Shown: positions 11,240 through 23,179 of the stretch, piece after piece
Position numbering within the stretch: the first letter of the stretch is position 1
Layout of the letters: every line of letters begins with the position of its first letter
Assembly (NCBI RefSeq): GCF_036971445.1
Contig: NC_091473.1
Coordinates: 113,832,001 to 113,896,000 of the forward strand
Direction of reading: 5' to 3'
From: Narcine bancroftii
Taxonomy: Eukaryota
DNA length: 64,000 bases
Notes under the pieces: generated by a model
What the model was told of the DNA's origin: nothing
What the model saw: the letters and a program-made list of their open reading frames with translations, nothing else
Databases searched by the model: none
Made by a program: the position numbers and the translations under genes

Positions 11240-13435
11240 AACAAAAAAACCATGCTGGAGGAACTCAGTGGGTCAAAGCAGTGTCCTTTCTGGAGCAAAG
11301 ATAAAAATACATAACTGATGTTTTGGTCTCCAACCCTTCATTGAAGTGTGGAGAAATCCTGGCAGGTGTCTGAATTAAAAGGTGAGAGGCAGCAGATGCC
11401 CCCAGAAATTAAAGCCCGAAACCAGCCAAACCCCTCCCTCCTCTCACCGTGCATCTGCCAACTGGCCCCAATAAAAGTAACCCACTGCGTATGCGCCAGC
11501 TGGCACTCGTGCATGTGTGCCAGAAGAAACGTGGCCGTGCGCGGCCTATAAAGCCAGGACGCTGCACTTGATGTAGGCAAGTGTGCCCTGCCCCCTCCCT
11601 TGCCCTTCTTGCGGATTATGCCCCTTAATTTGTCCTCCACTTGGGGGTTTAGGGCCTATACCCCCAAATGGAGGAGAAATTAATGTCTAGCTCGAGGTGG
11701 TGCCGGATGGAGATCTCAAAAGCCAGACTGTCTGTCGTGCAAGATTTTGGTTTCTGGTGAGTGTCCTCCAACTCTAAGTCTGCCACTGCACCTCTCTGCC
11801 TGATCCTTTGAGCGCCCCACTTTGGCTGTGCCACTTTTACTGCGACAATTGCTCCATTCTGCTGTCCCTTCCTTTCACTTCACAACATAAAACTTCAGGC
11901 CAAAAATTTGCACAATTCTTAAAAGGGGCCCAAAAAGCCACAACATGCAAACATTCTAATTTTCTTGTGGCCGATCTCCAAAAGAAGCCCACTTAGGTGG
12001 GAAAACAGTCCATCTGGCAACACAAGTGAGAGGGGTGGGGTGGGGGGAGGAGCATGATTGCAAAGGCAGGAGGTAATAGGTGGAGAAGGGAGCAAGGGCA
12101 CAGCAGCAAGCAGGGGAAGCGGGATAGCTTGGTGAATTGAGAAGGAAGGGGTGGAGAGTTGAGGGAAAGAAGACGGGGAAGGAAGGGGAAAAGGAGAGCA
12201 GGTTAGCAGAAACTGGAGGTTAATGTTAATGCTATCCAGATGGAAAATCGGGTGTTCCTCCAATTTACAGGTGGTCCATTCCTCTTTAGTGTACTGTCAC
12301 GGAGTTCAATTCTCTGATGGGGAGAACCTTTCCCAAGATGATGTCTTCCAGTCCAGATAATCTGAAATGTCTGCTGCCTTCCTCAAATGTGGCTTCTCCA
12401 CCACCATCAACTCAGGCCTTACCTGTATCTCCTCCATTTCCCGCATATCTACCTTGGTCCACTCTTCCCCCAGATGCAACAAACACAGGGTTTGCCTTTT
12501 CCTAACCTACCACTCCACCAGCTTCTGCATCCAATGCATTATCCTCTGGAATTTCCAGCACTTGCAACAGGATCCCACTATCAGACACATCTTTCCCTCT
12601 CTTCCCCTCTCTGCCTTCCATAGGAACTGTTCCCTCCGTGACTCCCTCATGCACTCATCCCTCCATATCAATCAGCCCCTGGCACCTTCCTCTGTGACTG
12701 CAGGAGGTGCCGCACTTGCCTCCTCCCCTCACCACAGTCTTGGGCCCCAAACAGGCCTTTCACGTGAAGCAACTTGTGTATCCGCAGGATTGATTTACTG
12801 CATCCACTGCTCCCTTTGTGTTGGTGAGATTGGGTGCAAACTGGGAGATCGCTTTGCTGAGCACCTTCACTCAGTCCGCACCAGCGATAGGAACCTCCCA
12901 GCGGCCAATTATTTCAGATCTGCATCCCACTCCCATGCTCACATGTCTGTCCATGGCCTCATGCTATTACACCAAGACATTGGAGGAACAGCACCTGATT
13001 TTCCATCTGGGCACTCTAGCCGGATGACATTTACATTGACTTCCCTGGTTTCTACTCTCTTTTCCCCCTCCCTTTCCTTCTGCCTGTCTTTTTTCCCTCA
13101 GCTCTCCATCCCTTTCCCTCTCTATTCATATAGCCACCCCTCCTCCTCCTCCTGCTTGCTGTTGTGCCCTCCCTCCCTTTTCCACTTATTACCTCCTGCC
13201 TTTGCTATGATGCTCCTTCTCTACACCTCTTCCCCCCCCCCCTCCCCCCACTTTTGCCTTTTAATTCAGATGCCTGCCAATGTTTTTCAATATCTTGATG
13301 AAGGGCCCAAGCCTGAAAAGTTGATTATGTATTTTTATCTTTGCTATATAAAGAACACTGTTTGACAGGCTGAGTTTTTCCAGCGTTGTTTTTACTTCAA
13401 CCACAGTATCTGCAGACTTTCGTGTTTTACTTCAC
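11240..13435 (+). mobile_element. Penelope-like element: inverted pLTR (~11240-12270) plus + strand RT C-terminus/GIY-YIG and pLTR
   Basis: ORF 12367-13365 carries GIY-YIG-like LIYCIHCSLCVGEIGCKLGDRFAEHL. Hammerhead-like terminus at ~13295-13325; the same terminal sequence occurs inverted at ~11250-11380 and ~12025-12270. Confidence 0.8.
11389..12023. mobile_element. Probable hAT-type non-autonomous insertion inside the Penelope pLTR
   Basis: Interrupts the pLTR. The right end CATCTGGCAACAC resembles a hAT TIR, and the flanks GGTGAGAG/AGTGAGAG resemble an 8-bp TSD. The left TIR is degraded. Confidence 0.4.
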
Positions 13436-13754
13436 CTTGTTTGCTTAGCATGCACTAGCAACTGCATGTCATCTGCTTATTTCAATAAACGGTTTCTAAA
13501 TCTCTCACTGATGGTGGTTGACCTGCTGAATTGCTCCAGCAGATTGTGTTTAGCTGATTGGCTAAGTTGCCAGAGTGTAGGTAGGTTATGAGGAATTGGG
13601 GGTAAGGGGCTGGGGTTAATGGAGATGTGACAGGAAAATATGGGAGTAGTGCAGATGGATGCTTATTGATTGGTGCAGGCTCAGGGCTGACAGGCATGTT
13701 TTTTTCCTGTTTAATTCCATGTGATCTCACCATTACCCCTTATAATCAAAGCAT

Positions 13755-14051
13755 TGTAGCGGCGGCTACACTGCTCCTGCAATAACACATGCAACCAGAT
13801 GGGTTGAGCTCAGTGAGCAGACTAGTTTATTGCAGGCTGCTGGACTGCACTTGTACTCCCAGCCCAGGCCTGGCTGAGAACCGCGCTGGAGGGCGCAGAC
13901 GTTACCCGGGCATCACATGGTCCCCAAGCGCGGGTTTCTGAGACCCGAGCTGGAAGGAAGGGAAACCCCTGACAGCGCCATTTTGGCCGGCTGCCCCGCC
14001 GCATGGCTTACAAGTGGGGCCGGTTCGCCTGCCTTGTGGTGAGCCGCCACA
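13755..14051 (-). mobile_element. Solo Gypsy-type LTR (~297 bp)
   Basis: Termini TGTAGCGG...CCGCCACA; flanks GCAT/GCAG (4-bp TSD, 1 mismatch); minus-strand AATAAA; end resembles the LTR at 32624. Confidence 0.75.
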
Positions 14052-14239
14052 GCAGTATCTTTCTACTTCAGTATTCAATTTCCCTTGAAATCAATAAAAA
14101 AATTAATGTTTTTCGCAAATACATTCTTGACCAAGGCTACACTACAATAAAAAAACTCCTATCACTGCATTCAGTGCCTACGCTTCATACAGTGGAACAT
14201 GGCTATGTTTCTGTTTTCTGCATACAGGCAGAAACTGAA

Positions 14240-16010
14240 GAGCACTTCACTGTGGTAAAGACTATACAAAGCAGGTCTGGGGAAGCAGAAACAGATATGT
14301 GATTGTCTGCAGTCATTAGACTGGGCCATGTTCAAGGACATAGCAGTGGACCAAATGAATACATCACAGGTGTTACGACTTCATCAGAACATGTGGGATG
14401 ATTGTTTTCCAATTAAGACTATTTGAGTGTACCCTGATCGAGAAGCCATGGATGAACCAAGAGATCTGCAATCTATTGAACACCAGATCTCTGAACAGAT
14501 GATTATGAGACATACAAGAAGTCCAGATATAACCTCCAGATGGCCATTATCAAAGCAAAAAGATCGTTCCAGTCGAAGTTGGAGTTTCAGATGGATGCTC
14601 GGCAACTGTGGCAGGGCTTGCTCACAAACTACAAGGTGAAGCAAGGTAGTATGATTAATTGCAAAAGATCACTTTCTGAACGAGCTCAATGTCTTCTTGG
14701 TTTGGAAAGGGAAAACAATGCACCCTCATGAGCTCCACAGCAACCAGTTCTGCAACCAATTTCTGAAGCTGATGTGAAAATAATCTTGAAAAGAAAATGA
14801 ATTCTCAAAAAGCACCTGGCCATGTGGTGTACTTGGCTGGGTTCTTCTTACCTGTGTGGACCAACTGGCTGGAGAATTTGCATATGCTTTTAACCTCTTG
14901 CTGCATTGATCTGTTTTAAAAGGACGTACATCGTACTGTGACCAAGAATAGCAAGGTGATCTGCCTCAATAATTACTAGCTGGTGGTACTTGCATCTTCC
15001 AAGATAGAGTGCTTTGAGAAGTTGGTTATGATTCAAATCAACTTCTGTCTCAGGAAGGAACTGGACCCACTTCAGTTTGCCTATTTGCCTACTGTCACAA
15101 CAATTCAAAGGTGAATGCCATCTCACTGGCTCTCCAATCTGCATTTGATCATCTTGATTACAAGGACACCTACATCAGCTTGCTGTTCATTAACTACAGC
15201 TTGGTGTTTAATACCATCATACCAGCAAACCTAATAATAAAAGTTGGGGGTCTGGGACTCTGTCCTATTGCAACTGGATCCTCAATCTCTTTATTGGCAG
15301 ACCCCAGTCAGTGTAGTTTGACAACTTCACTTCCTCCTCACTGACCATCAACACAGGGCCACTTCAAGGCTGTGTACTTAATCCCCTGCTCTATTCAAGT
15401 TCAAATTTATTGTCAGAGTACATATGTGACATCACATACAACCTCGAGATTCTTTTTCCTGCAGGCCAGGCAGAATCTCTACTTATCATTAACTGTAGAC
15501 TGAACTCGAAGAAAGAAATGTATATAAAGAGAAATATAAAGAAAGAAACGTGAACTGAATAAAATTAATATTTAGTAATAAATAATGTACAAATAAGAAT
15601 CCTTAAATGAGTCACTGATTGAGTCTATTGTTTAGGAGTCTGATGGAGGGGTAGCAAGTGTTCCTGAACCTTGTGGTATGAGTTTTGTGGCACCTAATGG
15701 CACTTCCCTAATGGCAGTGGCAAGAACAGATCATGTCCTGGGTGGTGTGGATCCACCACAGTAGTGTTCCACTCTGCCATCTGTAAGTTTGATTGTTGGC
15801 TGAATAATGGATAATCATGAGTCAGAATATCAAATAGAGATTGTGAATATGGTTGTGTGTGGCAGAACAACAATCTCAATGTTTGTAAGACCAAGGAGTT
15901 TATTGTGGATTTCATCATGGGCACCATTTTCCTGTCCATCTGTGTAAAAAGCTGCCTCAAGACCACAGCCAACATCATCAAGACTTCCCATCACCCTGAT
16001 CAGAATCTCT
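14240..16010 (+). mobile_element. Decayed Rex1/Babar-type LINE with an inverted 3'-end piece (~15395-15770)
   Basis: RT motifs LDPLQFA and AISLALQSAFDHLDYKDTYISLLFINYSLVFNTIIP, and NNNLNVCKTKEFIVDF. The inverted segment carries the family 3' tail also seen at 26060 and 17750. Confidence 0.75.
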
Positions 16011-17749
16011 TCTTGCTAGATCTTTGCCTAGTAGCAGGAAACAAACTGTCAACAATTTACTTTCTTACCTCTTTCTGTATCGTAGGTCCATAGAACGTCA
16101 CAGCACAGAAACAGACCCCTTTGGCCCTTCTAGTCGGTGCCAAATTATTTTGCTGCTCAGTCCCACAGACCTGCACCCAATCCATAGTGCTCCATACCCC
16201 TCCTATCCATGTACCTTTCCAAATTATTCTTAAATATTAAAATTGAGACAGCATTTATCACTTCAGCTGGCAGTCTGTTCCATGCTTCCATCACTATCTG
16301 TGTGAAGAAGTTCACCCAAATGTTCCCCCTAAACTTTTCCCCTTTCACCCATAACCATGTCTTCTGGTTTGTATCTCACCTACCCTCGATGGAAAAAGTC
16401 TGCTTACATTTAGTCTTCCTAAGCCCCTCATTTGTATATCTTTATCAAATCGCCCCTCATTCTTCTGTGCTCCAGGGAATAAAGTCTTAACCTGTTTAAT
16501 CTTTCCCGGTTACTCAGTTCCTTAAGTCCAGGCAACATCATAGTAAAACTACTCTTTCAGTCTTCTTGTTATCTTTCCTGTAGTTAGATGAGCAAAACTG
16601 CACATATTACTACAAATTTAGCCTCACCAATGCCTTTGCAACTTTATCACAACCTCTCAACTCCTATCTTCAATACTTTTGATTTATGAAGGCCAATATG
16701 CCACAATCTCTCTTTATAACACTATCTACCTGTGATGTCACTTTCAGAGAATTGTGTGCTTTACCATTTATAGTGTATGTTCCTTTTTTTTAAAAAAAAA
16801 GACATCCAACACAGTAACAGGTCATTTCGGCCCTCGAGTCTGTGCCACCCAATTTACATTCAATTAATCTTCACCTCCAGAACAGTTCAAATGTTCTTTC
16901 TTGGTTTGTCCTTCCAAAAAAATGCAACACCTCACACTTTGTTTGCATTAAATTTCATCTACCATTTTCAGCCCATTTTTCCAGATGCTCCAGATCCCTC
17001 TGCAAGCTTTGAAAGCCTTCCTTTCTGTCCACCACACCTCCAATCATAGTGTCAACAGCAAACTTGCTGATCCAATTTACCACATTATCATCTAGACCAT
17101 GATACAGATGACAAACAACAAAGATCCAGCACTGATCCCTGAGGCACACCACGAGTTGCAGGTCTGAGAAGCCATCTTCCACCACCAATCTCTGGCTTCT
17201 CCCATCGAGCCAATGTTGCATCCAGTTTACTTCCTCACCATGAACATGGAACGTCTGAACCTTCCTTTGCCAAAACCTTACAAAAGTCTGTGTCGACAAC
17301 ACCCACAGCCATTCATTAACTTTCCTGGTAAACTCTGAAAAATTCTGTCAGATTGGTTAAACATGACCTCCGATACGTAATTGCCATGTTGATTATCCCC
17401 AATCAGTCCCTGACTATCCAAATAATTTTATGTCTGATTTCTTAGAACACTCCAATAACTTGCCTGTGACTGACGTCAGGCTATAATTTCCACGGTTTAT
17501 TTTGAAGCATTTTTAAAAAATAACGGAACACAAACTACCCTCTAATCCTTCGGCACCATTCCAGTGGCTGAGGACATTTTAAATATTTCTGCCAGAGCCG
17601 CTGCAATTTCTACACAAACCTCCATCAAGGCCCGAGTGAATATCTTGTCAGGCCCTGGGTATTTATTCACCCTTATTATTAAGATAGCAAGCAAGTCCTC
17701 TTCTTTAATCTGTATAGGTTCCATGACCTTTTTTTGCCTAACCATAAGT

Positions 17750-17835
17750 GGTAATTCTGCTTTTCCTGCAGAAAAAATAATCTCAGGGTTGTATGTGACG
17801 TCACATTTGTACTATGACAATAAATCTGAAGTCTG
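17750..17835 (+). mobile_element. Short Rex1-family 3'-tail insertion within CR1
   Basis: Reverse complement of the tail sequence at ~15410-15480 and ~26060-26130; ends AATAAATCTGAAGTCTGA. Confidence 0.55.
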
Positions 17836-18197
17836 AGATCCACGATATCCATTGAAAACAAGGTTCCCTATGCATGTTAACTTTGCTTTTAATCTGGACA
17901 GGAACATACAAACTCTGTATTCTCAAAATTTCACCTTTGAAGGTGCTCCACTTACCTCACACATCCTTGCCAGAAAACAACTTATCTCAATCCACACATT
18001 CTAGATCCTCATTCCTCAAAATTGGCCTTTTTCCAGTTTAGAATCTCATCCCGAGGACCAGGCCTATCCTACTCCATAATTCACTTGAAACTTATGGCAT
18101 TATGATCACTGGACCCAAAATATTCCCCTCTCCTGTCTCGTTCACTTATAGGGGATCCACTATTGCTTTCTCTACAACTGCTAAATTTATATATTGA

Positions 18198-18795
18198 CCA
18201 GCAGGATACCCAGCGTTGCCCAGGAAATAACACTCAGTTGTTAATTACATGGTTGAAACAAAGTACCCAAAAATACTTCATGGTTATATGTGTGCATGTC
18301 TGGAGGCCTGAGCATTGAGGCAGACCTAGTGCTGATATTCTGTTTCCTGCTGCCTGCCCTTTTCCTGTTTGAAGGCCTGAGCACTGAGTTGGGCTTAACA
18401 TTGATGTTTTGTTTCTTGGTACCTGCTCCTTGTATCAACAATGAGATGAGAGTGATGTTCCTCTGCTGTCTCTTGCTTTCTCCTTTGTCTAACTCTACAG
18501 GCTTGTGAAGAACTCCTGCCAATGTTACTTTGCTTTTTTGGGCCCATATTGAACTGGGTTTGGCCACTTATTTTTATTCTGAATGTACATTGATGCACAG
18601 CAAGGTAACTAATTGAGGTGTCCATGGTGAAAGTTTTTAAAAAACTTTTAAACTTTATATGACCTTAAAGATTAAATTCAATGTGGTCATGACATTCAGC
18701 ATCAAATGTTACCCTTACTGAACCTACTTGGACATTATTGATATTGATCTGCATGGAAAACAGACAAACAAACAGGTGTGTGTGTGTGTTTAGAG
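18198..18795 (+). mobile_element. Probable Helentron/DINE-1-like non-autonomous rolling-circle element
   Basis: Interrupts CR1. Starts ACCAGCAGGATACCCAGCGTTGCCCAGG, resembling the ACTAG..ACCCGGCGTTGCCCGG HINE terminus; ends with AAACAGACAAACAAAC and a dinucleotide run. Confidence 0.45.
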
Positions 18796-20205
18796 AAGTT
18801 TCCTGAACACATTTGACAAATTCCAAGCCATCCAGCCCTTTTACAGTATGGGAATCCCAGTGAATATATGGAAAGATAAAAATCTCCTACTATCACAGCT
18901 TTATGGTTTCTGCAGCTCTCTGCTATCTCTGTACAGATTTTCTCCTCCAATTCTCATTGACTTGGGCTATAATACAACCCTATGAGTGTGGTCATTCCTT
19001 TCCCATTCCTCTGCTCTACCCATATAGCCTCAGTGGATGAAGCCTTTGGTTTGTCCTGCTTGAGCACAGCTGTGATATTTTCTCTGATGTGCAATGCCAC
19101 TCCTTCCCCATACATCCTTCCCATTCTATTGCGTCTGAAACAATGGAAGCCTGGAACATTGAGCTGCCAGATCTGTCCCTCCTGCAACTGTTCCACTAAT
19201 GGCCACAATGTCGTAATTCCACATCCCAATCTAAGCTCGTATGCCTTTCATCAATACTACTTGCAATGAAATAGATGCATCTGAGAACATGACCAGGTAC
19301 AACCTGTTGACTTCTAATGTGCATGCAATTTTCGTTCTCCACTCCTCTATCTGCTGCTCTGGCACTCTGATTCCCATCCCCAAGCAAATCTCATTTAAAC
19401 CAACTGGAGCAGCACTAGGAAAACTTCCTGCAAGGATATTAGTCCCCCTCCAGTAACATAAACTATCCTGTTGAAACAGGTTCCATCTTTCCTGGAAGAG
19501 AGTCCAATGATCAAGAAACCTAAACCCTTCCCATCTGCACCATGACTTTAGCCACGTGTTAAGATGCATTATCCTCCAATTTCTAACTTTGCTAACATGT
19601 GGCACAGGTAGCAATCCTGAGATCACAACCCTGGAGGTCTTGCCCTTCCACCTAGCCTAACTCCCTGAACTCTCCTTGCAGGACCTCCTCACCCTTCCTA
19701 CCCACATCATTGTTCCCTATATGGACCAGGACATCTAGCTGTTCATGCTCCTCCTGAGAATGCCATAAACTCAATCTCAGACATCTAGGACCTGGCACCA
19801 ACGAGGCAACATTCAATCCAGGATTCTCAATCCCTTCCACAGAACCTCTTATCTGTCCTCCTAACTATGGAATCCCCTCTTCTCCTCCCTTCCCTTCTTA
19901 GCCACCAGACCAGACCCAATGCTAGAGACCTGATTGCTGTGACTGGTCCCTGGAAGGTCATCTTCTTTTCCACCCCACCCTCAACAGTATTCAAAATGCC
20001 TTCCTATTCCCTTTCCCTCTCTTGACTGTCACTCAGCTACCCTCCCCCTGCCTCCTAGGTGTGATAGCATCCTTGTAACCCCTTCATCCTCTTTGTCTCT
20101 GGAATGATCCAGATGTCATTAAATTTTTGATCCAATTCCTTAACTCGGTTTGTAAGGAGCTGCAGCTGGATTCACTTCTCGTAGATGAAGTCTTCAGGGA
20201 TACTG

Positions 20206-22271
20206 TAAAAACACAGTGCTGGAGAAACTCAGCCTGTCAAACAGTGTCCTTTATATAGCAAAGATAAAAATACATAATCGATGATTCGGGCTTGAGCTCT
20301 TCATCAAAAATGTCGGCAGGCATCCGTGTAAAAAGGTGAGGGGGAAGACATGGTCGCAAACGCAGGAAGTAATGGGTGGCGATGGGAGGGAGGGCACAGC
20401 AGCAAGCAAGTGGAGGAGATATGCCTCAGAGAGTGACAGGGTGGAGAGCTGACGGAAAGAAGACAAAGGGAAGGGAGGGGGAAAGTGCAGGTTGCGGAGA
20501 GAGTGGAGGGCAGAGTGTCCGGAGGAAGTAAGATTAAAATGAGAGGGGACTGGTGATGTTGAGATGGTTGATGTCTCAGCGGCAATTGGAAATAAAAAGA
20601 TCCAGAGCTGGCAGCTGGACAGGATGAGATCCCATCGCCACACTGCCCGTTTCTACCTTTTACCCAAGATACATAAATCTAACCATCTGGGTAGATCCTT
20701 GTTTCCACTTGCTCTTGCCCCACCGAATGAGTTTCGTCTTACCTTGACTCTAACTTTTCTCCCCGGTCTAATCCCTCCATACCTACATCTTCAATACCTC
20801 GCGTGCCCTCCATCTCTTCAATGACCTCAGATTCCCCCGAACTGGACCGCCTCATTTTCACAATGGATGTCCAATCCTTTTATACCTCCATCCTCCATAC
20901 AGAAGGTCTAAATGAATTCACTTCACTCTGGACCAGAGACCCGACCAGTCACCCTCTACCACCACCCTTCTCCACCTGGCCGATCGTTCTCACTCTAAAC
21001 AACTCCTTTAACTCATCTTACTTCCTCCAAATAAAAGGAGTACCCATCGGTACCCGCATGAGTCCCAGCTACACCTGCCTCTTTGTGGAGCAATCCATGC
21101 TGCAAGCCTACACAGGCAAAGTCCCTCAACGCTTCCTCTGTTATATTGATGATTACATCAGGGCTGCCTAATGCACCCATGATGAGCTCGTCTACTTTAT
21201 TCACTTCGCGAATCAACTTTCACCCAGATCTCAAACTCACCTGGACCACCTCCGACAACACTCTCCCCATTCTAGATCTCTCTGTCTCCATCACGGGAGA
21301 CAAGCTTTCCACCAACTTGTATTTAAAAACCCACCAGCTCTCACAACTACCTTGACTACACTTCCAAACACCCTGTCCCCTGAAAGGATTCTATTTCCTT
21401 CTTTCAATTTCTCTGACACTGCCACATCTCTTCCCAAGATGAGGTCTTCCACTTCAGAATCTTCTTCCACAAACGTGGCTTCCCCTCCACCACATTCAGC
21501 TCTCACCTGCATATCCTCCAATTTATGCTCATCTGCCCTGTCCCCCTCTGACCCCAGATGAAACAAACACAGGATTCCCCTTTTCCTCACGTACCACCCC
21601 ACCAGCCTCTGCATCCAACACACTGTCCTCTGGAATTTCCGGCACTTACAACAGGATCCCACTGCCAGATATATCTTTCCCTCTCATCCCCTCTCTGCCT
21701 TCTGAAGGGAACGCTCGCTCCTTGTCTCTCTCACACACTCATCCCTCCCTGCCAATCACCCACCCCCAGCACCTTCCTCTGTGGCTGCAGGAGATGCCAC
21801 ACTTGCATCCACACCGCGATTTATTTACTGCATCCGATGCTCCCTTTGAGGCCTTCTCTACATCAGAGAGAGTAGGCACAGACTGGGAGGTTGCTTCGCT
21901 GAACACCTTTGCTCTGCACCAGTGACAGGGACCTCCCAGTGGCCATCCATTTCAGATATGCATTCCACTCACATTCCTCTCCATGGCCTGATGTACTATC
22001 CTGTCTTCTTTCCCTCAGGTCTCCACCCTGTCTTTCTCTATTCACTTAGCCACTGCATGTTGCTGTGCCCTCTCTCCCTTCTCCACCTATTACTTGCGAT
22101 GATGCTTCTTCCCCCCCCCCCCCCCACCCCCACTGTTACCTTTTAATTTAAATGCCTGCTGACATTTGTACACCTTGAGGAAGGCTCGAGCCTGAAATGT
22201 CAGTTATGTATTTTAATTTTTCATCCAGCATTATGTTCTTACTTCAACCATGCAGAGTTTTGTGTTCTACT
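20206..22271 (+). mobile_element. Penelope-like element (inverted pLTR ~20206-20540, then RT and GIY-YIG) inserted in CR1 ORF1
   Basis: RT motifs TARFYLLPKIHK, FTMDVQSFYT, QIKGVPIGTRMSPSY and YIDD. TSD TC(T/A)TCAGGGATACTG at 20191-20205 and 22272-22286. Confidence 0.88.
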
Positions 22272-22569
22272 TCATCAGGGATACTGCTTGCTGGCTTCCC
22301 TGATGACCCACTGCAAGAGGAGCATTCCCTACCTTGGCTGCCATTCCCACTGTCGACTACAGGAAAAAAATAAATGAGATAAATTAAAGACCTGCTCTTA
22401 CCTATGCCTACTTGCTGAAACCTTTTTGCTCCTTGAATCGGGTGGCCCTTACTTGCTTCATCAGCAAATTTTGCAGCCATATCTGATAAAATGGAAAAAG
22501 TTATGACATCACTGTGGCACTGGACTCATTGTGATGAACCAACAAGAATATGATTGATTTATTTCAATC

Positions 22570-23090
22570 TTTCTGTTTACTGCTAGCCAACCAGTCTTCT
22601 GTTCATGGTCAATATGTTATCTTGCTTCCCCTCCAACTTTCATTTTTCACATAACCATTGATGAGATAGCTTGTCACATATCTTCTGGAAATCTATATGG
22701 TACCAGTTCCTTTTATCCAAAGGTAATAGTATGTCAGCAAAGCACTTCAATAAATTGGTAAAACATGATTTCTCTTTAATAAAACTATGTTGACTTTGAT
22801 TTACTTTAAGTAGATTACTATAATCTCTTTAATAATAGCTCCTGACATTTTTCATTTAACTAATATAAAACTAACTGGTCTACCGTTTCCTCCTTTTGCC
22901 CTCCCTTTCTAAGTAAAGGAGTTGAATTTGATATTTTCCAATCTAATGGAAGCTTCCTTGAATCGAATGAATTTTGGAAAATTAAAACCCCTGCATTAAC
23001 AATCACACTGACCATCTTTGAGAGCAAAAAATGAAATCTATAAGGTCCTGGAGACTTTTCAGTCCACAGCTCCAAGAGTTTGCTGAGTGC
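22570..23090 (-). mobile_element. Older CR1 RT fragment
   Basis: KSPGPYRFH...LIFQNSFDSRKLPLDWKISNSTPLLRKG (ORF 22860-23099). Confidence 0.7.
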
Positions 23091-23179
23091 AGTACACAAA
23101 AGTAAAGAAACTCAGCAGGCCACGCAGCAGCCATAGAAAGTGAAAGCAGTTGACGTTCTGGAATCAAGGGAGCAGTCAT

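Larger units (their letters stand above)
16085..22530 (-). mobile_element. Near full-length decayed CR1 LINE (Zn finger/esterase ORF1 plus EN-RT ORF2) hosting nested insertions
   Basis: SGNH esterase motifs VLVHIGNNDVGRKGEEVL and WLKSWCRWEGFRFLDHW; EN TEAIWVEQRNGKG; RT KYPGPDKIF and ISKFAVDT; 3' end FFTQIVMEAWNRLP. Confidence 0.85.

Noticed and set aside
12367-13365. 332-aa ORF as a domesticated GIY-YIG nuclease
   Set aside because: Frame-scrambled Penelope remnant that runs into the pyrimidine-rich pLTR; the motif is degraded.
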